Shown: piece after piece, positions 47,222-56,729 of the stretch
Layout of the letters: each line of letters opens with the position of its first letter
Numbering within the stretch: position 1 is the first letter of the stretch
From: a virus
Lineage: Duplodnaviria; Caudoviricetes
Reading direction: 5' to 3' (one strand)
IMG/VR virus record: IMGVR_UViG_3300011226_000001
Coordinates: 64,001-128,000 of that record
DNA: 64,000 nt
Translations under genes and position numbers: made by a program
The notes under the pieces: model-generated
Seen by the model: the letters and a program-made list of their open reading frames with translations, nothing else
Told to the model about the DNA's origin: nothing
Database searches by the model: none

Positions 47222-47923
47222 TCAGTATTTACAGATTACGTTCATGAAGTAGTAGCGCATCAGGTCTGGATGCAGCATACAATTCTTTTTATGTTTGCGC
47301 AGCATCTGAATGACTTTGTGCAGGTCTTCATAGTGCATGAACATGAAGTCCCGACCAAAAGTATAAGTGGTCGCTGGCATCTCCTGAACTCGCTTCTCAA
47401 ACTCAGGGTCGATTGCCATAGACACAAAGTTGTCTACAGTGATATTAGACTTCAGGTCGAAGTCACCACAAGCAAGTTGAGGCGTACACACCTCTAAGAA
47501 GTCTTTGAATTGCGTGTCTCGAACAATAGACAGGAGTTTCTCAATCGCAGGTTCACCATAGATAGTGATTTGCGTGTCGTTCGTATGTACGGTGCGACCC
47601 AGAGCTTCGAAGATACCTGCGAGAGAATTGGAGAGTCTATCCAGACTTATGTGGTACAAGCTCTCGGACAGCACGACAGGGAGTTGAGCAGGTGCTGTAT
47701 GTCCCCGGAAATTCTGAATGCAATCGTAGGCAGTACCGACGACATTTGCAGGGATATCACGACGCAGAATAGCGTACAGTGCATCGTTAGCGCTGCGGTC
47801 AGTGACGTCCACGTAAAACAATGTTTTGCTCGCAGCATCAGGCTGTTTGGCCTGACGAGCATAACCGTGAATCAAGCCATGCAGTGCTTCGGTCGGCATG
47901 ATATTAGTTTGGATCTTTTTCAT
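47222..47923 (-). CDS. hypothetical protein
   Basis: 233 aa ORF, AGGAG SD. Confidence 0.75.
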   Translation of the reverse strand: MKKIQTNIMPTEALHGLIHGYARQAKQPDAASKTLFYVDVTDRSANDALYAILRRDIPANVVGTAYDCIQNFRGHTAPAQLPVVLSESLYHISLDRLSNSLAGIFEALGRTVHTNDTQITIYGEPAIEKLLSIVRDTQFKDFLEVCTPQLACGDFDLKSNITVDNFVSMAIDPEFEKRVQEMPATTYTFGRDFMFMHYEDLHKVIQMLRKHKKNCMLHPDLMRYYFMNVICKY

Positions 47924-47933
47924 AAGTCACTCC

Positions 47934-47988
47934 TGGCGCATTGCCTATCGAGTTGGGTTGTTTTGCTTGTGGCGCATTGCCTATCAAG
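47934..47988. repeat. 19-bp intergenic direct repeat
   Basis: TGGCGCATTGCCTATC(G/A)AG at 47934-47952 and 47970-47988. Confidence 0.85.
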
Positions 47989-48023
47989 CGAGAGAATGTG
48001 GGAGACTTGCTCCCACTCAGTAT

Positions 48024-48446
48024 TTACAGTTTTACTACAGACGCATTGAAACGAACGATCTCTACGGTGTCAGCGTCACGCACTTCGACAACTGCAACGT
48101 ATGGGTGCTCACCTTGCAGACCGCGAACAACCTGCATACCGACGATAGAACCGATGTTGCCAGCTTCGATATCAGCAACGCGTTCAATCGGATCGAAGTA
48201 GTCGGACAGTGCTTCGCCGTAGAACAGAGGTACTGCGTCAGGCGATGCGATAACGATCAAGCGGCAGTCAGAGTCAGTAGGTTCAGTTAACCCATCAGAC
48301 AGACGCACAAGCTCGTCAACACTGACGGTCAGTTCGCCTTCGACGTTCGGCACGATTGTCTGACTAACAATCTCTTCACCAGTTTCTTCGACGGTCTCCG
48401 TCTTTTCCAGATTGACGATATCAGCAGTAAAGATTTGAGTACGCAT
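48024..48446 (-). CDS. acidic hypothetical protein
   Basis: 140 aa ORF, AAGGAG SD. Confidence 0.75.
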   Translation of the reverse strand: MRTQIFTADIVNLEKTETVEETGEEIVSQTIVPNVEGELTVSVDELVRLSDGLTEPTDSDCRLIVIASPDAVPLFYGEALSDYFDPIERVADIEAGNIGSIVGMQVVRGLQGEHPYVAVVEVRDADTVEIVRFNASVVKL

Positions 48447-48495
48447 TGGTTCTCCTTATACGAGGAAAGGGAGAGCCGAAGCCCTCCCGAATTTA

Positions 48496-51021
48496 TTACT
48501 CGTCGTCACCGTCATCAGAAGACTTCGCAGACTTACTGATAGACGCTTTCAACATTTCTTTGCCCTTCGCAGACTGTACGAACTTGAAGCACCACAGACG
48601 CAGACCTGCAGGTTTGACTTTCAGTTTCTTACAGACAGCGACAACTTGTTCCTTGCTGCCGTTGATAAGAGTACGGAAATCATCCCAGTCCATCTTGACT
48701 TCGGACGCAAGAGGACACGGCGCCTTGATCTTGAAGTTCTTACGAGTACCGTTGATCAGACCGAGAACTTTCAGATAGTGCCACGTATCGAACACTGGGT
48801 CGAAGCCGCGCGCTTCACCATTACCGTCAGCTTCCCACAGACGCAACCAAGTGCTCTGGTTCGGGATGCCGCCCATCTTGTTCTTGATGGTCTTAGCAGC
48901 AATGAAGCGATAGCGGTCAGTACCACCTTCGACAGTAACAGACTTCTCTCCGACAACGCCAGGCGCATCTTTGAGTTTCGGCCAACCTTCTGGCACTGCG
49001 CGAGAAGCCAGACGAACACGCACGTCACTGTTATGTGATACGAAACCGTTAGTGATAACCACAGAGGTTTCTTCGACGTTAACGTCCCAGAACTCAACAG
49101 GCTTGTCGAGAGCTTTGAGCGTGAACGGCACAGGCACAATCGAGTTGTCGAAGTTGAACCAGTCTTCAACGTAAGCGAGTTGAGTCATCAGCAGATCGTA
49201 CAGGTCATCGTAGCCTGCAATCTGCTTGTGCAGAATCAGGTCGAGTGCCTGAGCGAAGTCATTCTCTGGCGCCAGATAGATTTTATCCTGACCAGTCTGC
49301 AACTGATAGTCCAGAACGTAGCGAGTCAGTTCAGGGAACACGTCAGCGATAACAGACAGCATCTGCGTTTGACGTTGACGGCTGGTGGCTTCGAACGACA
49401 GACCAACAAACTCACCGTCAGCGTATTGCTCTACTGCTTGCGTCAGTTCATACTTGTTCAGGCCAGGCATGTGAATGCCTTTGCTGTCTGCACAAGCGAG
49501 TACGCCAATATCCAACAACGCGTTCACACACTTCTTATACATCTCAGGATGATCAGCACCACCGATCGTAGAAAGTGTTAGTATGTTGGCCGCATATGTC
49601 GTATCACCGTGAGTAGTCAGTGAGATTTGGCGACTTGTAGCAACGGAACTACCCAATACCCAACGAACATACGCAGACGCACGGTCAAACGCATCAGGCA
49701 CGTTCTGTTTCAGCTCTTTCACTGGAGGCACACGCAGACCCGCATACTGACCTTTCTTATCAGGCCACTTAGCGAGCTGGTCAAGTGTGTTCCACTCAGG
49801 ACGCAGAACCATCATACCTTCTGCTGTCCAGTCGTACATGAACGTGAATTGGCGGTGCTCTGCGCTGCCGATGTATGTGTGGCCACCAGCATTCATTTCG
49901 ATTGGGAACGGAGCGTCATCAACTTTCCACGCACCCTGAATCTTCTGATAACCGTCGAACGATTCAACACGAACTTCGGTGCCAGCTTCCATCAGCTCTT
50001 TGATCTGCGGCGCAGTCAACACGCCGTGGTCGGTACGAATCAGAGTGTCTCGGTCGAAGCAGTAGAACTTCAACGCATCACCGCCAGGCTCATATTCGGG
50101 TGAGCCGAACATTACAGCAGGCTTCTGACGCAACTGGTTAACGCCAACGATGGTCATCATCTTACGACGCATACCACCACGGAAACGTTTGATGCCGTCA
50201 GAGAACATACGCGCTTGCAGTGCCATTGCTTTTGAACCGTCATCGTCATCTACCTGATCAGGCAGCATTGCCGGATAGGAGTCAACGATAACAGCCGCTT
50301 GCATGTGGCCATCAGCAGCAGGAACTTTGAATTGGTTGTTACGACTGAACCACTTCTTGTCGTACTTACCGGCCAGCTTCTTCGCGTTCTCTTTGTTGTT
50401 CTCAAAGAGATAATACGCGGAGCCGTCTTTCTCAACGATCTTGTCAGGCAGACGACGACGCAGCATCGACATATAATCGAAGAAGCGCTCACCGTTGTCT
50501 GGTGCGTAGTAACGAATCTTAGGCTTGATAATCCACGAGCCGTCTTCGTCACGCACACCGAAGATTGTTTTCGGATCGACTTTAACACCGAACGTTTTGA
50601 GCTGACCAGCAACGTATTCAGCATCGGTCGAACCTTCGTAGTCGAACACTACGCTAATGCCAGAGTATTTCAGACGAATCAGACTCGCCATGATACTCAT
50701 GGTCATGGTTGACTTACACGACTGCTCACCGCCGCTGAACGTGTACCAACCGCCAGGTACGATACCGCCGTCAAGGTACATATCAAGCGCGAGCACACCA
50801 GTAGAGATGCGAGGTGCGTGTCGTGCTGCATCGGCAGAACTTACTTTCGTTTTCTTTTCGATGCCGTCGAGCACGTCATCCATCATGCTGCCGAGGTCAA
50901 AGCCTAATACTTCAACGCCACCGATATCATCAGAGGCGACTGCTTTGTCCTTCGACTTAGAGGCTTTGACTTTAGCTTTCTTCTCAGCTTTTTTCTCAGC
51001 CTTGTTGTTCGTTTTTGCCAT
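48496..51021 (-). CDS. recA: RecA/UvsX-like recombinase precursor containing an intein
   Basis: ISTGVLALD..L.GG, GGEQSCKST, IVDSYPAM, QARMFS, VNQLRQK, MFGSPEYEPGGDALKFY, KTIKNK. Confidence 0.92.
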   Translation of the reverse strand: MAKTNNKAEKKAEKKAKVKASKSKDKAVASDDIGGVEVLGFDLGSMMDDVLDGIEKKTKVSSADAARHAPRISTGVLALDMYLDGGIVPGGWYTFSGGEQSCKSTMTMSIMASLIRLKYSGISVVFDYEGSTDAEYVAGQLKTFGVKVDPKTIFGVRDEDGSWIIKPKIRYYAPDNGERFFDYMSMLRRRLPDKIVEKDGSAYYLFENNKENAKKLAGKYDKKWFSRNNQFKVPAADGHMQAAVIVDSYPAMLPDQVDDDDGSKAMALQARMFSDGIKRFRGGMRRKMMTIVGVNQLRQKPAVMFGSPEYEPGGDALKFYCFDRDTLIRTDHGVLTAPQIKELMEAGTEVRVESFDGYQKIQGAWKVDDAPFPIEMNAGGHTYIGSAEHRQFTFMYDWTAEGMMVLRPEWNTLDQLAKWPDKKGQYAGLRVPPVKELKQNVPDAFDRASAYVRWVLGSSVATSRQISLTTHGDTTYAANILTLSTIGGADHPEMYKKCVNALLDIGVLACADSKGIHMPGLNKYELTQAVEQYADGEFVGLSFEATSRQRQTQMLSVIADVFPELTRYVLDYQLQTGQDKIYLAPENDFAQALDLILHKQIAGYDDLYDLLMTQLAYVEDWFNFDNSIVPVPFTLKALDKPVEFWDVNVEETSVVITNGFVSHNSDVRVRLASRAVPEGWPKLKDAPGVVGEKSVTVEGGTDRYRFIAAKTIKNKMGGIPNQSTWLRLWEADGNGEARGFDPVFDTWHYLKVLGLINGTRKNFKIKAPCPLASEVKMDWDDFRTLINGSKEQVVAVCKKLKVKPAGLRLWCFKFVQSAKGKEMLKASISKSAKSSDDGDDE
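49030..50061 (-). mobile_element. intein (344 aa) in RecA
   Basis: N-terminal CFDRDTLI, block-B-like GSAEHRQF, C-terminal FWDVNV...NGFVSHN followed by extein Ser; removal restores ALKFY-SDVR. Confidence 0.92.
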
Positions 51022-51078
51022 TGTTGGATAGTCCAGATTAGAGAGAAGAAAGGGCGGCGTTAGCCACCCTGTTTCAGA

Positions 51079-52353
51079 TTACTTCTTTTTCTTTTTCTTC
51101 TTCTTCGGAGCGTCGTCGTCATCGTCATCAGAAGACTTTTTCTTTTTCTTCTTATCGGATGATTTCACCTTGTCAGAAGATTTCTTTTTCTTCTTCTTAG
51201 GTGCGTCGTCTTCGTCGTCTTCGTCGTCATCATCTGACTTCTTGGACTTCTTAGACTTAACCTTCGAGGACTTTTTGTCCTTCGAAGATTTCTTTTTCTT
51301 GGACGGACGATCATCTTCATCGTCTTCGTCGTCATCATCGTCTTCGTCATCGTCTAACAGCTTACGAGACTTGGACGCTTTTGACTTCTTGGACTTGCGA
51401 CGATCATCTTCATCGTCATCTTCGTCCTCGTCGTCATCATCGTCGTCATCGCTACGACGTTTTTTCTTGTCTGCTTTGCCGCCTTTCTTTTTGCGGCCGA
51501 GAGACATATCATCATCGCCGTCGTCTTCGTCGTCATCACCGTCATCATCGTTGGTGTTAACGCCGATAACGTCCATCTTCTTGAAGTCAGCCAAAGCAGC
51601 AGCTTCATCAAGACGACCGAGCATGTCGTAGATTTCGTTCCAGTTGTCAAAGTCCCAGGTCAGGTACTCTTTCTCTTCCTTCGTCAGTGGTGTGTGATCA
51701 CCACGTTCGATTGTGTAACGCTCGGCCGGAGATTTTTTCGGGTTGTATTTGATTTCAATATCACAACCGTACTTGTCATCGTTGACCTGGAACGCTTGCT
51801 TCGACTTCTTACCTGACTTCTTATCTTTGACTGTGTGAATGTTACGTTCACCCAGTTCGCGGATTTTGCCAGCCAGAGAGTTCGACAGAGGAATACACAT
51901 AACAGGAGTCCAAGACTCGCTGCCCATTTCTTTCTTGCCGGTCTTCTGCTCTTGCTTAGTGAGCTTCGGCATTTTACGCGGCGCAGCAGCCTGCTCGTCA
52001 CGAATGATCGCTTGCGCATACCACTTATAGTCGTACTGCGCTGGCGCACCAGACTCGTCGTTACCGTGAGCAATACCGCAGTACGGACACTTCATGCCGT
52101 TCAGAGGTTTGTTCTGATTGTCAGGGTCGAAGCTAACGCACATGCGCGGGATTTTGATCTCTTTGTCTTTGTCTTTCCCGCCCATGATCTTGATCCAGTG
52201 CTTCTTGATTGGAAGCAGGTCAAGATTCAGCAGACGAATTGAAACCCAGTTGCCGTTTGCTTTCTTCGAAAGAGGGAAGATTTCAAAGATTTCCGACTCG
52301 CGCAAACTATCGCGTTTGCTGTTGTCTTGAATGTCACCAAATCCACGTGCCAT
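51079..52353 (-). CDS. gp32-like single-stranded DNA-binding protein with D/K-block tail
   Basis: IRLL, HWI, MC...KCPYC, WYAQAIIR core; adjacent to recA; long low-complexity tail. Confidence 0.65.
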   Translation of the reverse strand: MARGFGDIQDNSKRDSLRESEIFEIFPLSKKANGNWVSIRLLNLDLLPIKKHWIKIMGGKDKDKEIKIPRMCVSFDPDNQNKPLNGMKCPYCGIAHGNDESGAPAQYDYKWYAQAIIRDEQAAAPRKMPKLTKQEQKTGKKEMGSESWTPVMCIPLSNSLAGKIRELGERNIHTVKDKKSGKKSKQAFQVNDDKYGCDIEIKYNPKKSPAERYTIERGDHTPLTKEEKEYLTWDFDNWNEIYDMLGRLDEAAALADFKKMDVIGVNTNDDDGDDDEDDGDDDMSLGRKKKGGKADKKKRRSDDDDDDDEDEDDDEDDRRKSKKSKASKSRKLLDDDEDDDDDEDDEDDRPSKKKKSSKDKKSSKVKSKKSKKSDDDDEDDEDDAPKKKKKKSSDKVKSSDKKKKKKSSDDDDDDAPKKKKKKKK

Positions 52354-52392
52354 TGTTGTTCCTCAATATTGAGTTCGCTCTTGTGTGAGCAA

Positions 52393-52402
52393 TGTTTACA
52401 GT
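52393..52402 (-). promoter_or_regulatory. candidate phage-sigma promoter ACTGTAAACA
   Basis: intergenic instance of the recurring WCTGTAAAYA motif. Confidence 0.55.
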
Positions 52403-52403
52403 T

Positions 52404-53441
52404 TTAGGCTAGCCCTTGAGCTTGCATATGTCTACGCATCAGATCAAGTTCGAACTTATCGAACTCCTCACCCACGTCCATCGTTAGACGAGCAACGCCG
52501 AGAGGGTCTACGCGCTTAATAAGCAGTCTCAGTTTTTCAGTACGTCTTTCACTATCTACGTGATCTTCTAAGTGATGATGGTCACTCACTTTTTGATGTA
52601 GGGACGCGTCCGCACCTTCATCAGATTCGTTCGCAGGAGTATCGAGACTTACCGAGAAATTCAGAGAAGTAGTGTCTTCACCTGTAGCCAGTTTCTTACG
52701 TTGAGTCTGGGGAATAGTGTACGCGATGCCGTATTCATGCTCGCTACTACTACAGGTCTGGGCGTTCAAGATCCACCACTTCGTATAACTCACAATCGCA
52801 CCGCGCGACGAGTCATACTTGTTGATAGCCACGATGACGTTACGCAGGAAGTTCTGGCGCACGTCTTTGCTGTCGTACAGCTTGCCGCGGTTCGTATCAA
52901 CATAAAATTTTGTTTGCTTGCTGCATAGTCTATAGAAGTCAGCAACTACCGAGTGGAAGTATTCCATAAACTGCGGCAGCAAATCGTTCAGGCGACACAG
53001 CGCGACGAACAGTTTGGAGCGAGACTCTGCGCCAAACATTTTCACGTACACGTTCAGGCGCTTCGAATACGCGTCACGACGAATCGGATCTTGCGTACTG
53101 ATAAATGCCCGATACAAATCGACGTAAGCCGCGTAGTACCGTTTAATTACATTTTCCAGGAAGACATAAATGAAGTTACGCTCCATTTTGAGTTCCTGAA
53201 TATAAATCATTTTTTGATCGCGAGGCACAGAGAGCGCTTTAATCAGAAGACTAATAGCACGGTCGCGCGTTTCTGCGTTGTACGGCTTGCGCTTCTTATT
53301 CGACGTAATCATGTTCAACAGATAGGTCAGTTGCACATCAAATACGTTGGTGTTCTCAACAATCTCACGGAGGCAGTCATGAAGCATGGTGTCCATGACG
53401 CTTTCTATCTGACCGCCTGTGAGATTCGACTTATTGTTCAT
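52404..53441 (-). CDS. phage sigma70-family sigma factor, region 4 apparently degenerate
   Basis: DVRQNFLRNVIVAINKYDSSRGAIVSYTKWWILNA (region 2) and SLDTP..E.DE..SL (region 3.2). Confidence 0.8.
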   Translation of the reverse strand: MNNKSNLTGGQIESVMDTMLHDCLREIVENTNVFDVQLTYLLNMITSNKKRKPYNAETRDRAISLLIKALSVPRDQKMIYIQELKMERNFIYVFLENVIKRYYAAYVDLYRAFISTQDPIRRDAYSKRLNVYVKMFGAESRSKLFVALCRLNDLLPQFMEYFHSVVADFYRLCSKQTKFYVDTNRGKLYDSKDVRQNFLRNVIVAINKYDSSRGAIVSYTKWWILNAQTCSSSEHEYGIAYTIPQTQRKKLATGEDTTSLNFSVSLDTPANESDEGADASLHQKVSDHHHLEDHVDSERRTEKLRLLIKRVDPLGVARLTMDVGEEFDKFELDLMRRHMQAQGLA

Positions 53442-53473
53442 GGTCAAATACACCTGTTAGTTGCTTTGACTCT

Positions 53474-53483
53474 TATTTACAGA
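53474..53483 (-). promoter_or_regulatory. candidate phage-sigma promoter TCTGTAAATA
   Basis: intergenic, immediately upstream of the sigma gene. Confidence 0.55.
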
Positions 53484-53486
53484 TTC

Positions 53487-53816
53487 CTAGATCTTTGTCA
53501 GGCTATCGTGCTGATTTTGGATATCGGTAGCTGTAAGCTCTTTGTCTTCGATAGGCTTGCGCTGGCCTAGATCCGCAGGCTTTGTAATCTTGCGTTCAGC
53601 GGCAGCTTCTTCTTCACGCTCGATACGATCCTTCTCTTTTTCTTCAACCTCTTCCTTAGGAGTGTCTATGCCATACTCGTCTGCGATACGCTTTTGCTCT
53701 TGCAATTCGAGCGCACGTTGCTGACCATCAGTAGGTGCCAGCTCTTGTGCTCGTGCGTCTGCCTCGTTTTGACGGTCAACACGGATTTCATGCGAGAGAC
53801 TAACTAACATTTCCAT
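53487..53816 (-). CDS. charged hypothetical protein
   Basis: start re-called at MEMLVSLS (GGAG SD). Confidence 0.65.
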   Translation of the reverse strand: MEMLVSLSHEIRVDRQNEADARAQELAPTDGQQRALELQEQKRIADEYGIDTPKEEVEEKEKDRIEREEEAAAERKITKPADLGQRKPIEDKELTATDIQNQHDSLTKI

Positions 53817-53867
53817 CGGATTTTCTCCAGAATGACAAAAGCGGCAGCACAGGGCCACCGCTAGAAT

Positions 53868-54335
53868 TTAGCTACGCTTCTCCAGCACTTTGCGGTCTTC
53901 TTCAATGAAGCGCAAAGTGATTGGCGGACGGCCTGGGTGCTGAATGATCTGATTGAGATATTCAGCCTGACTGTCTTTCGCGTGTTTAAGTAACGTGACG
54001 TGCGGTCTGTACGGAGAGTGCGCAAACTTAGCAGCACCACATGCGTGAATGCGAGCGTGTTCGCGTTGCAGGTCAGGCGATTCGAGTACGAGCACCAGAA
54101 TCTTATCTTGGCCTTCACCAAACAGTTCAGCAGAGTTAACGACAGCGAAGAACTCGCCAGCATCGTTTTGCTCCGCTTTAACGTCAGGGTTAGATTCGTC
54201 GTAGGCCAGCGTAACGTGCAGTTCATCAGGTACGTCGTCGCTGTCACGGTCGATGCCAATAGCAGCACCGAGTTTCAGCAGCATCTCCTCTGAATCATAA
54301 TCAGGGAAGACGCGCCACAGCCCGCCTTTAACCAT
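53868..54335 (-). CDS. 2H phosphoesterase, Acb1 (T4 57B)-like
   Basis: two HxT motifs LHVTLAY and YRPHVTL; ~155 aa stand-alone domain. Confidence 0.8.
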   Translation of the reverse strand: MVKGGLWRVFPDYDSEEMLLKLGAAIGIDRDSDDVPDELHVTLAYDESNPDVKAEQNDAGEFFAVVNSAELFGEGQDKILVLVLESPDLQREHARIHACGAAKFAHSPYRPHVTLLKHAKDSQAEYLNQIIQHPGRPPITLRFIEEDRKVLEKRS

Positions 54336-54861
54336 TTTGAGTTTCCTCTTTAGGTAAGTGGAATGCACCTGCCATTTGCATCTCACCGCACTTATCACAA
54401 TGGAACATGCCGATGGGCTTACCGTACAGCAACTCAGGATGACCTTTGCACACGAAATCCTGATTGCGATAGATACGCAACAGAGCTCCGTTGACTTTGT
54501 GGTCTGCTGTAATGAAGTTACCAGTCAGGTGGCAGTCGAGGTCACGAGCACGAGCCTGATACAGTGCCACAACTTTACGCACAGCTTCATCGAGACCATC
54601 AGCATCGTAGTCGCGTGATTCACCTTCAGCCAGCTCAACTTCCATAACCAGAATGTCCAGCACAACGATAGGCGATTGCTCACCTTCCGGCAGGATGTTA
54701 GAGTAGCTGAGTTGGTGCTTCACGTCTTCGAACGGAGCGACCGTAGGGATCTGAGATGCACTGCTACTGCCTGTCATTACGTTCAGGCGAAATTCTTCGT
54801 AGACAGCGCTGCCAAAGTCTTCCCACTCGTTTTGCTTTTCAAACAGAATAACATCAGACAT
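54328..54861 (-). CDS. hypothetical protein, paralog of the C-terminal domain of 54854..56083, with Cys ribbon
   Basis: 177 aa ORF. Confidence 0.7.
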   Translation of the reverse strand: MSDVILFEKQNEWEDFGSAVYEEFRLNVMTGSSSASQIPTVAPFEDVKHQLSYSNILPEGEQSPIVVLDILVMEVELAEGESRDYDADGLDEAVRKVVALYQARARDLDCHLTGNFITADHKVNGALLRIYRNQDFVCKGHPELLYGKPIGMFHCDKCGEMQMAGAFHLPKEETQNG

Positions 54862-56083
54862 TTAATGCTCCAAGTAAATTTTCAATAACGAAATCCTGGG
54901 CCGGGAAGTCCACGTTGCGCTGCACACGAACCAGCATGGTCTTCAACTCTCCGTTATACCCAACAAGACGCGTGATGGTGTGACAATTAAAATCAAGCGC
55001 GTGTTTCTGAATACGCTCCATAGCTTCATGAAGCGCCTGAATGTGACGCATATCAGGATACGCGTCAGCAGGAACGAATGCAATATCGAAGACATACTTT
55101 TCAGTGTAACGATATATGCTGCGGTACATAAAGTCGTCAGCGCTTGCGTAGATATCCGGAATCAGTTCAAAACCAGAATCACTGTCGTCGGTGGAAGCTG
55201 TAAGGCCTAGACCAGCAGCAACACTTTTCGCAATGTCTTCCCACTTCGCCTGATTCTCGAACATAGGACCCATCTCAGGGATTGGTTCAAACTCCTCCTC
55301 GTCGTCATCCAGAGGCAAGTCTTCGAAAGTCGTATGCTCACCAGTAGCAGCAAACTTAGGCTTGCGAAAAGAGTCACGCGTTATTGGCCACGCAGCGTAA
55401 ATCACATTACGACACTCAGCCACCAGCGGGAAGACAACAGACAGGCCGTAGTCACGCAGCGACACATGAATGTCCAGCGTATCGCTATGCGTCTGCAACA
55501 TCGCTTCCATCAGATGATTGACCAGAACGTTATGCGTAGTCGTAAACGCCAATGGGCTCTCGTTGTGGATGTTCGTAGGCAGATCGAATGCCGGTGCAGG
55601 GTCAGGCAGCCACACATCCGTTTGTTCACGCGCATACTGGTCAAGACAGACCATGTACAGGAACGCGCTCACTTGATCAGCCGTGTACTTGAGGAAACGC
55701 GAGGCGAACTCTTTCTCATGCTCGCCAGCAAGTCGCTCAGGCACAGAAGGTACTGGAGTTCCATGAGGGGATGTGTACGGTCTGCCTTTTGCTATGTCTT
55801 CGCGGCACTGCGAAACATAGTAGCCGAAGATAGAACGAAAGCGATAGAGAATGCCCTGAATCGGAAACTCCAAATCAGTGCGACTGATCGCATTGTCGAA
55901 AGCCAGTTCAATGCTTTCAGCTAACGAGTGCAGCCTACGCTCATTGATAGGTTGATTGTACGGCGCAGCAGGAGGCACAGTACAGAGAGAATTGCCGAAT
56001 TGAATGTGGACCATGTTCTCCGCATAGAAGCGACAATGGTCCAGAGCGGCCACAAGGCCAACGAGATTGTTCATCATGATCAC
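54854..56083 (-). CDS. hypothetical protein
   Basis: 409 aa ORF. Confidence 0.75.
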   Translation of the reverse strand: MIMMNNLVGLVAALDHCRFYAENMVHIQFGNSLCTVPPAAPYNQPINERRLHSLAESIELAFDNAISRTDLEFPIQGILYRFRSIFGYYVSQCREDIAKGRPYTSPHGTPVPSVPERLAGEHEKEFASRFLKYTADQVSAFLYMVCLDQYAREQTDVWLPDPAPAFDLPTNIHNESPLAFTTTHNVLVNHLMEAMLQTHSDTLDIHVSLRDYGLSVVFPLVAECRNVIYAAWPITRDSFRKPKFAATGEHTTFEDLPLDDDEEEFEPIPEMGPMFENQAKWEDIAKSVAAGLGLTASTDDSDSGFELIPDIYASADDFMYRSIYRYTEKYVFDIAFVPADAYPDMRHIQALHEAMERIQKHALDFNCHTITRLVGYNGELKTMLVRVQRNVDFPAQDFVIENLLGALNV

Positions 56084-56295
56084 TCGTCTAATGTGCAGTC
56101 ACATGGCTTATTGATGTTTTCTGCAAAAGGTGAAGGTTCAGATACTTTCCCGCATTTAACGCAGGTGCGCACCCAACCCATCGGAGTTAAACGCGCAGCG
56201 CTTAACGTATCGTCCTCTTCTATCTCAAGTTGAGGAGCAGAGCTGGCGTTGTAGCTGATTCGAGAGCTACGACGTCCACAACCGGCACATGCCAT
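56080..56295 (-). CDS. small Cys-rich protein
   Basis: MACAGC...CVKC...CDC; coupled at both ends. Confidence 0.65.
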   Translation of the reverse strand: MACAGCGRRSSRISYNASSAPQLEIEEDDTLSAARLTPMGWVRTCVKCGKVSEPSPFAENINKPCDCTLDE

Positions 56296-56729
56296 TAGGC
56301 ACTCACCGTTCTCAACACAACGCCTGGCATATCAACCACGGAAGGTTCGATGCCAGTGATAATGATCTTATCGATCTGATCATCAGTCATGCCATGAGAA
56401 CGAAGGCTCGGTCGCATCCAGTCAGGCACAGAGCACGGTTCAAACTCTTTGGCTGGTGGCTGATCGGCAATCAGCTTATGCCACTGTTCGACGAAACGCA
56501 GAATCGAACCAGCTTCATTCTCCGCACAATCAAACGTCGGCTGAATGCCTACAGGTGTTGCAGCCATTGCGTCGAACGACTCTTTGCAGGTCTTACTGAT
56601 TTCACGCAGCAGCATGTTCTGCATGACCTGACCGAATGCGCTTTCTTCTGCGTGACCGTGAACGATATGAGGACCGAAGCTCAAAGACACTGAGTACGGT
56701 TCGCTCGGATCAAATTTCCGCTTCTGCAT
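56295..56729 (-). CDS. hypothetical protein
   Basis: start re-called at MQKRKF (GGAGG SD). Confidence 0.65.
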   Translation of the reverse strand: MQKRKFDPSEPYSVSLSFGPHIVHGHAEESAFGQVMQNMLLREISKTCKESFDAMAATPVGIQPTFDCAENEAGSILRFVEQWHKLIADQPPAKEFEPCSVPDWMRPSLRSHGMTDDQIDKIIITGIEPSVVDMPGVVLRTVSA

